Part shown: in pieces, positions 13,342-24,100 of the stretch
How positions within the stretch are numbered: the first letter of the stretch is position 1
Layout: each line of letters starts with the position of its first letter
NCBI RefSeq assembly: GCF_035594765.1
Contig: NC_085842.1
Location: forward strand, 9,361,256 to 9,425,255
Direction: 5' to 3'
From: Anolis carolinensis
Taxonomy: Eukaryota
Length of the DNA: 64,000 nt
Notes under the pieces: model-generated
Told to the model about the DNA's origin: nothing
The model's input: the letters and a program-made list of their open reading frames with translations, nothing else
Database searches by the model: none
Position numbers and translations under genes: made by a program

Positions 13342-13581
13342 TGTCAGGATCTCCAATCCTTGACATCTCTGCTCAGCGGACAAAGAACAGATGCCAGCCA
13401 TAAAGCAGGCCGGCCATAAAACATCAATGACCCTCTGGTATGTAAGAGTCCCTATATATGTGGCACAAAAGAAGGTTCTGGTATTCAGTACAATAAAACT
13501 TGTTGGAATCTACCCGCGTGTGTCTTGGTGCTTTCTTTGGAAGACAGACCCACAGCACAACTGGGAGAAGAGAACCTGACA
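13342..13581 (+). mobile_element. 3' LTR, 240 bp, preceded by a G-rich PPT
   Basis: TG...CA ends; G-rich tract at 13310-13337. Confidence 0.95.
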
Positions 13582-14779
13582 GGCGGAGAGAGACAGCTGG
13601 GTATGTTTAATTTGGAGGAAAGAAGGAAGGGCTTCTCCCTCGGCAGGAAGGAAACGTTGGATCCCAAAAGGGTTGGCCGTGGTCAGGATGAGAGGTGGAC
13701 GGAGAGGAAAGGCGTATCCATGAGACCCCGTGTTGCCTACTCCTGGAATGGACTCCTAGGACCCTAGAGCCGGAAGAGACCCCCAAGGGCCACCCCGTCC
13801 TGCCCCCTGCCATGCAGGAAGGCACAATCAAAGCACTCCCGATAGATAGCCTCTGCAGAAAAGCCTCCAGAGAAGGACACTCCACCACACTCTGAGGCAG
13901 CCTAGGCCACTCTCCAACAGCTCTTACTCGTTCTTATTGTTTTTCTAAGTATCTTTGTATATTAACAGAAGACCTGTAAATAGTTATAAGTAGTGAATAA
14001 ATCAAGAATAAAACCTCCAAGGACTTTGGATGAAATTCAGAACTCAAGAGTGTTTATTCAAAGAGACGAACTACTTTACAAGGCCAGAGGCTGTGAAACT
14101 GTGACCAGGACTCTGCAGTGTTTTGGGGGTTGGAATCCACTCCTTGCCTATGAGACAGTTTGTCCCATTGTATAGCTGGAGGAGGCCGTGAGAGGACTGA
14201 ATTCACCTGCCTGTCTAGCAGGGGTCTTGTGTGTGTGTTTTCCTCTGCTTCTCCTTTCCTTCCATCACTCATTAACACTTGACTAGTTGTGCAGGCCTCA
14301 CCTACACAACAGAAAGCATTTCCTGAAGGTAAGAGCTGTTCAGTAGTGGAGTCTGCTCCTATCGGGAATCCATAAGAGTCTCCTTTGGAGGTTTGTAAGC
14401 AGAGACGGCATGCCCATCTGTTGGGGGTGCTTTGGTTGTTTATTCCTGCGTGGTCTGAAGATGATTAGCCCCTCAGCACACAACCCAAACTGACTGGGAG
14501 GAGGAGGAGATGTGTGTTCTTTCGCCATGAAACCACTGATCCCGTGGGTCGTGGAGTCCAGCCCCATTCTCTCCAAGCAGCGTCACCAGCCAGACCATCC
14601 TCCGCAGGTCGCTCTCCAGCCCCTTTTTGGGGTCATCCAGAGAGAGGAACCCGCACTTCTCTAGGCCCTTGCCTTCTTACCCAAATCAGAGATTCACAGA
14701 ATAGTATATTTGGAAGAGACCACGAGGGCCATCTAGTCCAACCCCCTTCTGCCAGGCAGGAAAAGCAGAATCCCTTGCC

Positions 14780-15072
14780 AGAATCCCCGCAGGGTTCAAT
14801 ACTGTCTCCCACGCTGTGTAACATCTACATGAAGCCGTTGGGAGAGATCATGTGGAGTTTTGGAGTTCAATGTCATCTGTACGCAGAGGTCTTCCTTGTC
14901 AGTCGCAAGGCCAAACAGGGCACAGGGTCACAGCCTGTGTTGGATGGGTTACCTGTCCAAACGTCTCTCCTCTTATGAACCATCTCGGAGTCTAAGACCG
15001 TCTGGAGAGGCCCTGCTCTCAATCCCGCCCTCTTCGCTGGCATGATTGGCAGGGATGAGAGACAGGGCCTTC
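14780..15072 (+). mobile_element. Internally deleted old L2 fragment
   Basis: PQGSILSPTLCNIYMKPLGEI joined to SYEPSRSLRPSGEALL; shared with 41955-42210. Confidence 0.7.
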
Positions 15073-15452
15073 CTTCTCGGTAGTGGAAAGGATGGGAAGA
15101 GAAGAGAAAAAGGAAGGAAGGGCAAGAGAAAAGAAGACAAAGGAAGGGAAGGAAGGAAGGAAGGGGAAGAGAAAATAAGGCAAAGGAAAATATGGGAAGA
15201 GAAGAGAAAAAGGAAGGAAGGGCAAGAGAAAAGAAGACAAAGGAAGGGAAGGAAGGAAGGGGAAGAGAAAATAAGGCAAAGGAAAATATGGGAAGAGAAG
15301 AGAAAAAGGAAGGAAGGGCAAGAGAAAAGAAGACAAGGGAAGGGAAGGAAGGAAAGAAGGGGAAGAGAAAATAAGGCAAAGGAAAATATGGGAAGAGAAG
15401 AGAAAAAGGAAGGAAGGACAAGAGAAAAGAAGACAAAGGAAGGGAAGGAAGG

Positions 15453-18128
15453 AATAATAATAATAATAATAACTTTATTTTTATACCCCGCCTCTATCTC
15501 CCCGGAGGGGACTCAGGGCGGCTTACATGGGGCCAAGCCCGAATAAAAACAGTAGCGGTATAAAACACAGCAATAGACAACAACTTGCACACAAAAAAAT
15601 AAAATTAAACATTAGCCAATAAAAAACAAGAACTAATAAAAACATGGATTAAAACTGAGAGATTGTAAAAGTAGACTGGGTAAGGTGCACCATATAAATA
15701 TTGTAAACACAAGGTGACTGATAAAGTGCTGCAAATTCTGGAAGTGCAAATTGGGATGGGAATAGACCCTGTGTCTATATCGAGTTGACAAAGGTAAAAG
15801 GTGCAAACCGGTACAAGAATGGTCACAGATACAGATTGCTTCTGGATTAGCAATCTTTATCTAAAGGCTTGAGTAAAGAGCCAGGTTTTCAAGCTCTTTC
15901 TGAATGCTACCAGGGTGGGGGGCTTGCCTGATTTCCCTGGGGAGCGAGTTCCAGAGCCGGGAAGGGGGCCACCACGGAGAAGGCCCTCTCTCTCGTCCCC
16001 ATCAACCGCGCTTGTGACGGAGGTGGGAGCGAGAGGAGGGCCTCCCCCGACGAACGAAGAGATCGTGCAGGTTCGTAGGGGGAGAGGCGATCACTAAGGT
16101 AGGAGGGTCCCAAACCGTTCAGGGCTTTGTAGGTGAACACTTGCACCTTGAATTGGGTCCGGAAGGTGAATGGCAGCCAGTGGAGCTCCTTAAGCAGGAG
16201 GGTTGACCGCTCCCTATAATTTGCTCCAGTTAGAAGCAAGGCTGCCGAACGTTGAACTAGTTGGAGTTTCCGGGCCGTCTTCAAGGGCAGCCCCACGTAG
16301 AGTGCATTGCAATAGTCCAGTCTAGAGGTAACTAAGGCATGGACCACCGTGGCCAGATCAGACTTCACGAGGTAAGGTCGCAGTTGGCGCACAAGTTTTA
16401 ATTGTGCAAAGGCCCTCCCGGCCACGGCCGACACCTGAGCATCAAGTGTCAGTGCTGAGTCCAGGAGGACCCCCAAACTGCGGACCTGCGCCTTCAGGGG
16501 GAGTGCGACCCCGTCAAGCACAGGTAGCCACCCAATACCCCGATCGGACATACGACTGACCTGGAGGACCTCTGTCTTGTCGGGATTAAGCTTCAGCTTA
16601 TTTGCCCTCATCCAGCCCATCACAGCTGCCAAGCACTGGTTCAGTATCTGGGGGGCTTCCTTGGAGTTCGGTGGAAAGGAGTAGTAGAGTTGAGTGTCAT
16701 CTGCGTAGAGATGGCACCGAACTCCAAAACTCCGGATGACCTCTCCCAGCGGTTTCATGTAGATGTTAAAAAGCATGGGGGACAGAATGGAACCTTGCGG
16801 GACCCCACAGGTCAAAGGCCAGGGGTCCGAGCAGGTGTCCCACAGCTTCACCAACTGGGAACGGCCCTCCAGGAAGGACTGAAGCCACGACAGAGCCATG
16901 CCCCCAAGGCCCATCCCGGAGAGCCGTCCCAGAAGGATACCATGGTCGATGGTATCGAAAGCCGCTGAGATGTCCAAGAGAACCAGCAGGGTCACACTCC
17001 CCCTGTCCAGCTCCCTGCGGAGGTCATCCACCAAGGCGACCAAAGCCGTCTCAGTACTGTGACCAGGTCTAAAGCCAGACTGCGATGGGTCCAGAAAATC
17101 GGTGTCATCCAGGAAACCCTGGAGCTGCGAGGCAACCACCCGCTCCAGGACCTTGCCCAAGAAAGGGAGGTTCGAGATTGGTCTGTAGTTGTTTAGAATG
17201 GCCGAATCAAGGGAGGCCTTCTTCAATATAGGCCTCACTATGGCCTGTTTGAGGACAGATGGAAATTTGCCTTGATCCAAAGAGGCATTAATTATCATCA
17301 CAAACCACTCTACCAACCCTCCTCTGGCCGATTTAATTAGCCACGAGGGGCAAGGGTCTGCAGAGCAAGTGGTCACTCTCACCGCCCCAAGGATCCTGTC
17401 CACGTCATCCGGGCGAACAAGCTGAAACGAATCCCACAAGTTTGAACAGACAGGTGCCTCAGTTACCTCTTTTGGCATTGCAACAAAACTAGCATCCAAG
17501 TCGAAGCGAATCTGAGCGACTTTGTCTGCAAAGTGGTGCGCGAACTCGCTGCACCGAGTTGCCGAGTCTTCGGGTGCCCCTCCCCCCTCAGGAGGGTGAA
17601 GGAGCTCCCCGACGACCCGAAACAACTCCGATGGTCTGTTAGTTGCAGACGCTATGCGGGCAGTCGTGAAGGTCTTCCTGGCTGCCCGCAAAGCCGCGGA
17701 GTAGGCCCTAATAGCGGCTCTAGCCCGTGCTCGGTCAGAAACGCTACAAGTTTTCCGCCAGTGGCACTCTAGTCCCCTCCTCGAGCGCTTCATCACTGCC
17801 AGCTCCTCCGTGAACCAGGGAGCCGAAGTGACTCTTCGCAATGAGAGGGGACGTTCGGGGGCGATCATGTCAATTGCCCTGGACATCTCGCTATTGTAGC
17901 GATCTACCAAGGCATCGACAGGATCGTCAGCCTCCATGACAGGAAGATCCCCAAGAGACCTCAAGAATCCATCTGGATCCATCAGTCTCCTGGGGCGGAC
18001 CATCTTAATGGGTCCACCACCCCTGCGGAGGTTTGAGGTCACAGTGAGTCTTAAACTGATCAGGTGGTGATCGGACCATGACAACGGAAGAATATTTTGC
18101 TCTTCCACTCTGACCTCACCATCTGCTG
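15453..18128 (-). mobile_element. Young 5'-truncated L2-clade LINE (endonuclease end, RT, 3' UTR, (TTA)n tail)
   Basis: SWSDHH, YRPISNLPFLGKVLE, LDISAAFD, PQGSILSP and YADD in one long open frame; (taa)n at 15454-15472; absent from copy B. Confidence 0.93.
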
Positions 18129-18742
18129 AAGAGAAAAAGGAAGGAAGGACAAGAGAAAAGAAGGCAAAAGAAGAGAAGGGAAGGAAGGAAGGGGAAGAGA
18201 AAATAAGGCAAAGGAATATATGGGAAGAGAAGAGAAAAAGGAAGGAAGGGCAAGAGAAAAGAAGGCAAAGGAAGGGAAGGGAAGGAAGGGGAAGAGAAAA
18301 GAAGGCAAAGGAAGGGAAGGGAAGGAATGAAGGGGAGGAGAAAAGAAGGCAAAGGAAGAGAAGGAAGGAAGGGCAAGAGAAAAGAAGGCAAAGGAAGGGA
18401 AGGGAAGGAAGGAAGGGGAAGAGAAAAGAAGGCAAAGGGAAATATATGGGAAGAGAAGAGAAAAAGGAAGGAAGGGCAAGAGAAAAGAAGGCAAAGGAAG
18501 AGAAGGGAAGGAAGGAAGGGGAAGAGAAAAGAAGGGAAAGGGAAATATGGGAAGAGAAGAGAAAAAGGAAGGAAGGGCAAGAGAAAAGAAGACAAAGGAA
18601 GAGAAGGGAAGGGAGGAAGGGGAAGAGAAAATAAGGCAAAGGAAAATATGGGAAGAGAAGAGAAAAAGAAAGGAAGGACAAGAGAAAAGAAGACAAAGGA
18701 AGAGAAGGAAGGAAGGGGAAGAGAAAATAAGGCAAAGGAATA

Positions 18743-19251
18743 TGTTCTGCCTCCATGGTTAACTAAATGAACTGGAAGGACCCATAGCACGAAGGACAGA
18801 TTGGACACTGTGTTATGTAAAACAAAATATTTTATTAATAGACAAAATTGATCTCTTTTCCCCTTGTTGCCACTATGAAGTCTCTTGTGAGGAAAGAAAT
18901 CTTTGAGTCTATGCAGTTCTGGATAGATATTGCCACAGAGTATAAAGTCTTGTTATGACTGGATTCTTTGTATCTTTGAGGTGACTTCAATGCAGTGTTG
19001 TTGACATGGCTTTCTCTATTGCTGTAGCCTGTGGCTTTTTAATCTAATTTGAATACAGTTCCAACGTGACGTGAATTTCTGTGATCCTTTTACTTCCTAC
19101 ACTTCCTTCCAGAGCCTCACCAACTGACAAATTCTAACTGACAAAAATAACTGCCATTTCAGGCTGGCAGGAGCCAAGGCTAAGCTCCGCCCCTTTGGAA
19201 CCTTAAAGAGACAGGGCAGCAGGTAATGTTTTGCCTGCTCGTGGCATGACA
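18743..19251 (-). mobile_element. Solo LTR (509 bp) with 5-bp TSD gaata
   Basis: TGTTCTGCC...GGCATGACA imperfect inverted termini; gaata at 18738-18742 and 19252-19256; AATAAA on the minus strand at about 18831; absent from copy B. Confidence 0.8.
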
Positions 19252-20523
19252 GAATATATGGGAAGAGAAGAGAAAAAGGAAGGAAGACAAGAGAAAAGAA
19301 GACAAAGGAAGGGAAGGGAAGGAAGGAAGGGGAAGAGAAAATAAGGCAAAGGAAAATATGGGAAGAGAAGAGAAAAAGGAAGGAAGGGCAAAAGAAAAGA
19401 AGGGAAGGGAAGGGAAGGAAGGAAGGAAGGGCAAGGGAAAGAGGGCAAAGGGATGGAAGGGAAGAGAAAAGGGGAAGTAAAGAATGGCAAGAGAAAATAA
19501 TAATGATGATGACGATGATGATGAATTATATCCTGCTTTTCTCCCTCACTGGACCCAAAGCGGCTTACAACATATTAAACTCACATAAACAATCAGAGTA
19601 CATCAATAATATAACCATAATAGGATAAACAGATTAAGAAAAACAATTACAGTATACATTCAAGTTCTTGAGGCATCAAATGAGACATATATTGTACTCT
19701 ACTCCAGTCCATAACATATGATGGGCAAAGGAAGGGAAGGAAAGAGAAAGAAAAAGCAAGGAAAGAAGGCAAGAGAAAAGAAGGCAAAGGAAGGGAAGGG
19801 AAGAGAAAGAAAAAGGAAGGAAGGGCAAGAGAAAAGGCAAAGGGAAGGAAGGGAAGAGAAAAGGAAGGAAGGGCAAGAGAAAAGTAGACAAAGGAAGGGA
19901 AGGAAGGGAAGAGAAAAGGAAGGGCAAGAGAAAAGAAGGAAAAGGAAATGAAGTGAAGGGAAGAAAAAAGGAAAGAAGGGCAAGAGAAAAGGCAAAGGGG
20001 AGAAAAGGGAGGGAAGAGAAAAAGGATGGAAGAGGAAGAGAAAAGGCAGCAAAGGGCAGGATGGGAAGGGAAGAGAAAAAGGAAGGAATGAAGGGCAAGA
20101 GAAAAGAAGGCAAAGGAAGGGACAAGAAGACAAGGATAGAAGGAAAGAAGGAAGAAAGGGGAAGGAAGGGCAAGAAAAAAGAAAGCAAAGGAAGGGAAGC
20201 TTAGAAGGCAGACTGTATTTTAGTTCTTGCGAACCACTGGTAGTCCGTGGACCACTGGTTGAGAGCCACTGTCTGAAAGGGAAGGGGCTAACTCTGGATC
20301 CCTCCCATAACGGCTATTTACAATATTCAAGCTGACCAGTCCTGACTAAAGAGGAAAACAGAGGATGTGTCTGTAGGGGCACAACGTTCACAAACTGGAC
20401 ATTTAAACCAAGGTGAAAATGGAGCTGGAAACTAAGACCAGAAGAACAAGTGATGGAATCACATATGGTTTATTTCTTTTCAGACGAGGTGACAAGATTT
20501 AACTTAATATTTAACTCTCTGAA

Positions 20524-20855
20524 TGTCAGGATGCAAAAAGATCAGCATTCTCCAAGCTGTTCTTTTCACACCTGACTACAACAAATCGGATAAAGAAGAC
20601 CATTTGGCGGGGAAGGCTGGTTTATGACAGGGTCTGGTCTTCAAACCAAAGGACAAAAGGAAAGGGAGGTGTGAATGGAGAAGAAGAGACGTGAAGGGAG
20701 GAGGGAAGCAACCACCCAATATACTGAGGGGAAAGAGCGGAAGACGGGCAGTAGAAGCTTTGCGGCCATTTTGGCAAGGCGGATTCAATAAAGTTTTCCA
20801 TGGCTACAAGCTGTGTGAGCCTATCTTTGTCTCCTACACCTTCCAGGAACTGACA
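20524..20855 (+). mobile_element. Solo LTR (332 bp) with 5-bp TSD ctgaa
   Basis: TGTCAG...CTGACA; ctgaa at 20519-20523 and 20856-20860; a single ctgaa at the empty site near 43313; AATAAA at about 20787. Confidence 0.88.
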
Positions 20856-20861
20856 CTGAAG

Positions 20862-20996
20862 CAGTGGTCCTCAAGCTGTGGGTCCCCGGGTGTTTTGGCC
20901 TACAACTCCCAGAAATCCCAGCCAGTTTACCAGCTGTTAGGATTTAGGGGAGTTGAAGGCCAAAACATCTAGGGACCCACAGGTTGAGAACCACTG
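20862..20996. mobile_element. hAT-type MITE
   Basis: CAGTGGTCCTCAA...TTGAGAACCACTG TIRs. The paralog at 43319-43453 has an 8-bp TSD ctctgaag/ctctgagg. Confidence 0.85.
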
Positions 20997-21157
20997 CTCT
21001 GAGGGATTTTCACACAGAGCTTTCTTTCTGCTGCTCCAGAGAACAGACCTCCAACTTACAGGTTCAAATGACAAGAACGGGGACTCCACCAAATCTGACG
21101 CAGAACTTCTCAAAGGGTCCTGTTTGAAATCAGACATTTACCCACAATGGCTGTTTT

Positions 21158-24100
21158 TTAGCCAGTATGTGTTCTCTGGTGCTTGTTAAGAGCTGAACTC
21201 TGAGTAAAACATTTTCCACATTCATGGCATTTATATGGCTTCTCTCCTGTGTGGCTTCTTTTGTGCATCACCAAGGCTGAACTGTCAGCAAAACATTTCC
21301 CACACTCCTGACATTGGTATGGCTTCTCTCCTGTGTGGAGTCTTTTGAGCCTCACCAAGGCTGAACTGGAAGCAAAACACTTCCCACACTCTTGGCATCT
21401 GTATTGTTCCTGACCTGTGTGAAATTTCTTGTGTTTCACCACACATTTTGCAGATACTTTCCCTTTAAGATGGCTTTTCCCAACATCAAGTGTCTTGTGA
21501 AGCACAAGTGCCACATTTTGGGTAAAACACTGCCCACATACATTGCATTTGTCGGGCCTTTCTCTGGCAGAACCTCCATCTTCTCTGTGGGCTTGCTGGT
21601 CTCGACGAAAGGCCCAGTTGTGTCCCAAATGCTTCCTGTACTTGGTGCATACATGGCTCTTCTCCCCGTTATCTACTGTGAAGAAGAACATAAACAATCA
21701 TTCCTCAGTGTGAGTCATAAAGACTCTAAGGACGTGGGATAAGGAGTGAATTGAAATGATCCTTAAAATAACACAGACATGGAGGAAAAGGAGATATACA
21801 TGTTGTCCTTTCCCCTCCCCTTGTTCAGTGAAGATGGACCCTGGTTGTCTGCCTGGAGCCTCTAAGAGAGAGATGAGTAACATACGCTCCAGAGGCTCCC
21901 TGTTGCTCAGCCCAGCCTGGTTTTTTATTCCGTCTCCTTTTCTCTGGGGAATGGATGCCTTTTCCCTTCACATCCAAATGCTTGCCTTTTTCTCTAGCTT
22001 TAGACTTTACCAACTACCACCCATTTCACCATCTTCCCTCCTTTGTAGTTCTCTCCCCCAATCCCAGTTCTCTTTTCCCATGCTCCCTTAATGTTTGATT
22101 TTTCCACTCCAACGTAGAAGATCCCATACCTAATTTCAGAGTACAGCAGAGTCTCGCTTATCCAACATAAACTGACCAGGAGAACATTGGATAAGTGAAA
22201 ATGTTGGATAACAAGGAGGGATTAAGGAAAAGCCTATTAAAGGTCAAATTGCATTATGATTTTACAAATTAAGCACCAAAGATCATGTTTTACAACAAAT
22301 TGACAGGAAAAGCAGTTCAATACATGGTAACATTATGAAGAAATCACTGTATTTACAAATTTAGCACCAAAACATAGCAATGTATTGAAAGCAGTGACTA
22401 CAAAAATATTTACTACTAAAAAATTGACTATAAATATAGAATTGCATAAAACAACACTGTTGGAAGTTAAATCCATAAAAAGTTCAGTCTTGTGAAGATT
22501 TTTTAAAATCTGTGACCCTTGCCTGCTTTTCCAGCGATTGCCATTTCTCCGCTGCCAAGTCTCGCCATCTTTGCGAGATCAACTTATTCCATTTCTTCTA
22601 TCCTTGCCGAGAATAGCTTCCTGCAATAGTTCCTTTTGAGCTCTTCCAAAACGCCCTGATCCATCGGTTGGCATATGACGGTTACATTCGGTGGCAGAAA
22701 CATCGCCTTCATGTCCCCCTCTTGAAGCTCCTCTGCATCAGGGTGTGTTGAGGCATTGTCTAGCAACAAAACCACTTTCCTGGGCAGGTAAATTTCCTTC
22801 AAAAATTCCTCCGTGGAAAGAACAAGTTCCTTAGGGCTGGGCTGTAGCACAACTGGTAAATCAACAGCAGTAATAAGATCCACCAACCGAAAGGTGGCCA
22901 GTTTGAAGCCCGGTCGGGGGTGAGCGCTCGACCTCCAGCCCAGCTCACTGTTTACCTAAGCAGTTCGAAAACAGTTTACAAGCTGTAAATAGAGAAATGA
23001 GGTAACGCAAATTGTGGGGGAGGTATTTTAAAACACCATAAAGAACAAGCCCAGAAATGCGGTGACCAAGAGGAAGGTGGAGGGAGGAAGTTCTGATGGC
23101 TCTTTGTCACAGAGAATGAAGCAACAGCACCCCTGTGACTGAATCTGAGCAGAACATCAGCCTCCAAGGCACCAAAAACCTGGACTTCAAGACTACGCAC
23201 CTCCTTCTGTTTGTCTTATTCTGTTCTGTCCTGTCTCCAAACAGCATTGAATGGTTGCCGTGTATGTGTATTGTGATCCGCCCTGAGTCCCCTTGGGGAG
23301 ATAGGGCGGAATATAATAGTTATTATAATAATAATAGTCTTTTGAACATTTCACTGGTCATCAACAAACTTTTTTGATTGTAGTATTTTACAGGAAGAGC
23401 ATTTTTTGAAACTGTTTTAAAGGCTCTTGGATTTTTGGGCTTCCCAATCATTGCGAGGTCCATTTTGTGGTTTGCTGTAGCACTGCTGCATGCTAACATT
23501 GTCAGCCTTTCTTTACTACGCTTTTAGCCTGGGGCTGCTGCTTCAGTTCTGGCTGCAAGACTCCTGCTCGGTAAAATTTTGCAATTGAGGCCAGTCTCGT
23601 CACAATCAAACATCTGATCACCCGTTAGGCTTTCAGTTTCAACAAAGTCTTGAATTTTTTTCCCTTCAGTTCTGGCTGCAAGACTCTTGCTCGGTAAAAT
23701 TTTGCAATTGAGGCCGGTCTCGTCACAATCAAACATCTGATCACCCGTTAGGCTTTCAGTTTCAACAAAGTCTTGAATTTTTTTCCCCTTGAATTTCTTT
23801 CTTGAATGCCTCTATTTCTTGAAAATTTGATGACAGCTTCTCACCACAAACACTTAACTGATGGATTCCATAACGTTTCTTCCACCTGTCGAGCCAATGC
23901 TTGCTGTAAAATCTGATTCCCCTTCATTAAATTCTTTTCGAAAACGCAATACCTTTTGCTGTAAAATAGGCCCTGAAATACACACACCTTTGTCTCTCAG
24001 CTGCGTAAACCAAACATACAAAGCTTCAATAACTTTTTCATAGTCACATTTTTCATTGTTTTCCTCTCTTTCAGCACACCATCGGTAACTTTGGAGAACA

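Larger units (their letters stand above)
7702..13581 (+). mobile_element. Chromoviral Ty3/Gypsy (Tf1/Sushi-like) LTR retrotransposon, near full length, young, defective
   Basis: TGTCAGG...CCTGACA LTRs at 7702-8199 and 13342-13581; gag-PR-RT-RH-IN-chromodomain order; flanks ggcga/ggcgg; empty site at about 40900 in copy B; inserted into an old CR1 fragment. Confidence 0.97.
15085..20200 (+). repeat. Purine-rich (GA) minisatellite, about 96-101-bp unit, split into blocks 15085-15452, 18128-18742, 19252-19498 and 19722-20198
   Basis: tatgggaagagaagagaaaaaggaaggaa recurs at 15191, 15287 and 15387; copy B has one uninterrupted block. Confidence 0.9.

Noticed and set aside
14873-20204. F/S/L/P-rich and K/R/E/G-rich ORFs, including the N-terminal ~210 aa of ORF 15907-18756 and ORFs at 42033-43066
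   Set aside because: Translations of the GA minisatellite.
21886-22130. Additional exon between the KRAB and ZF exons of gene A
   Set aside because: In-frame TAA, absent from copy B, and direct KRAB-to-ZF splicing is already in phase.
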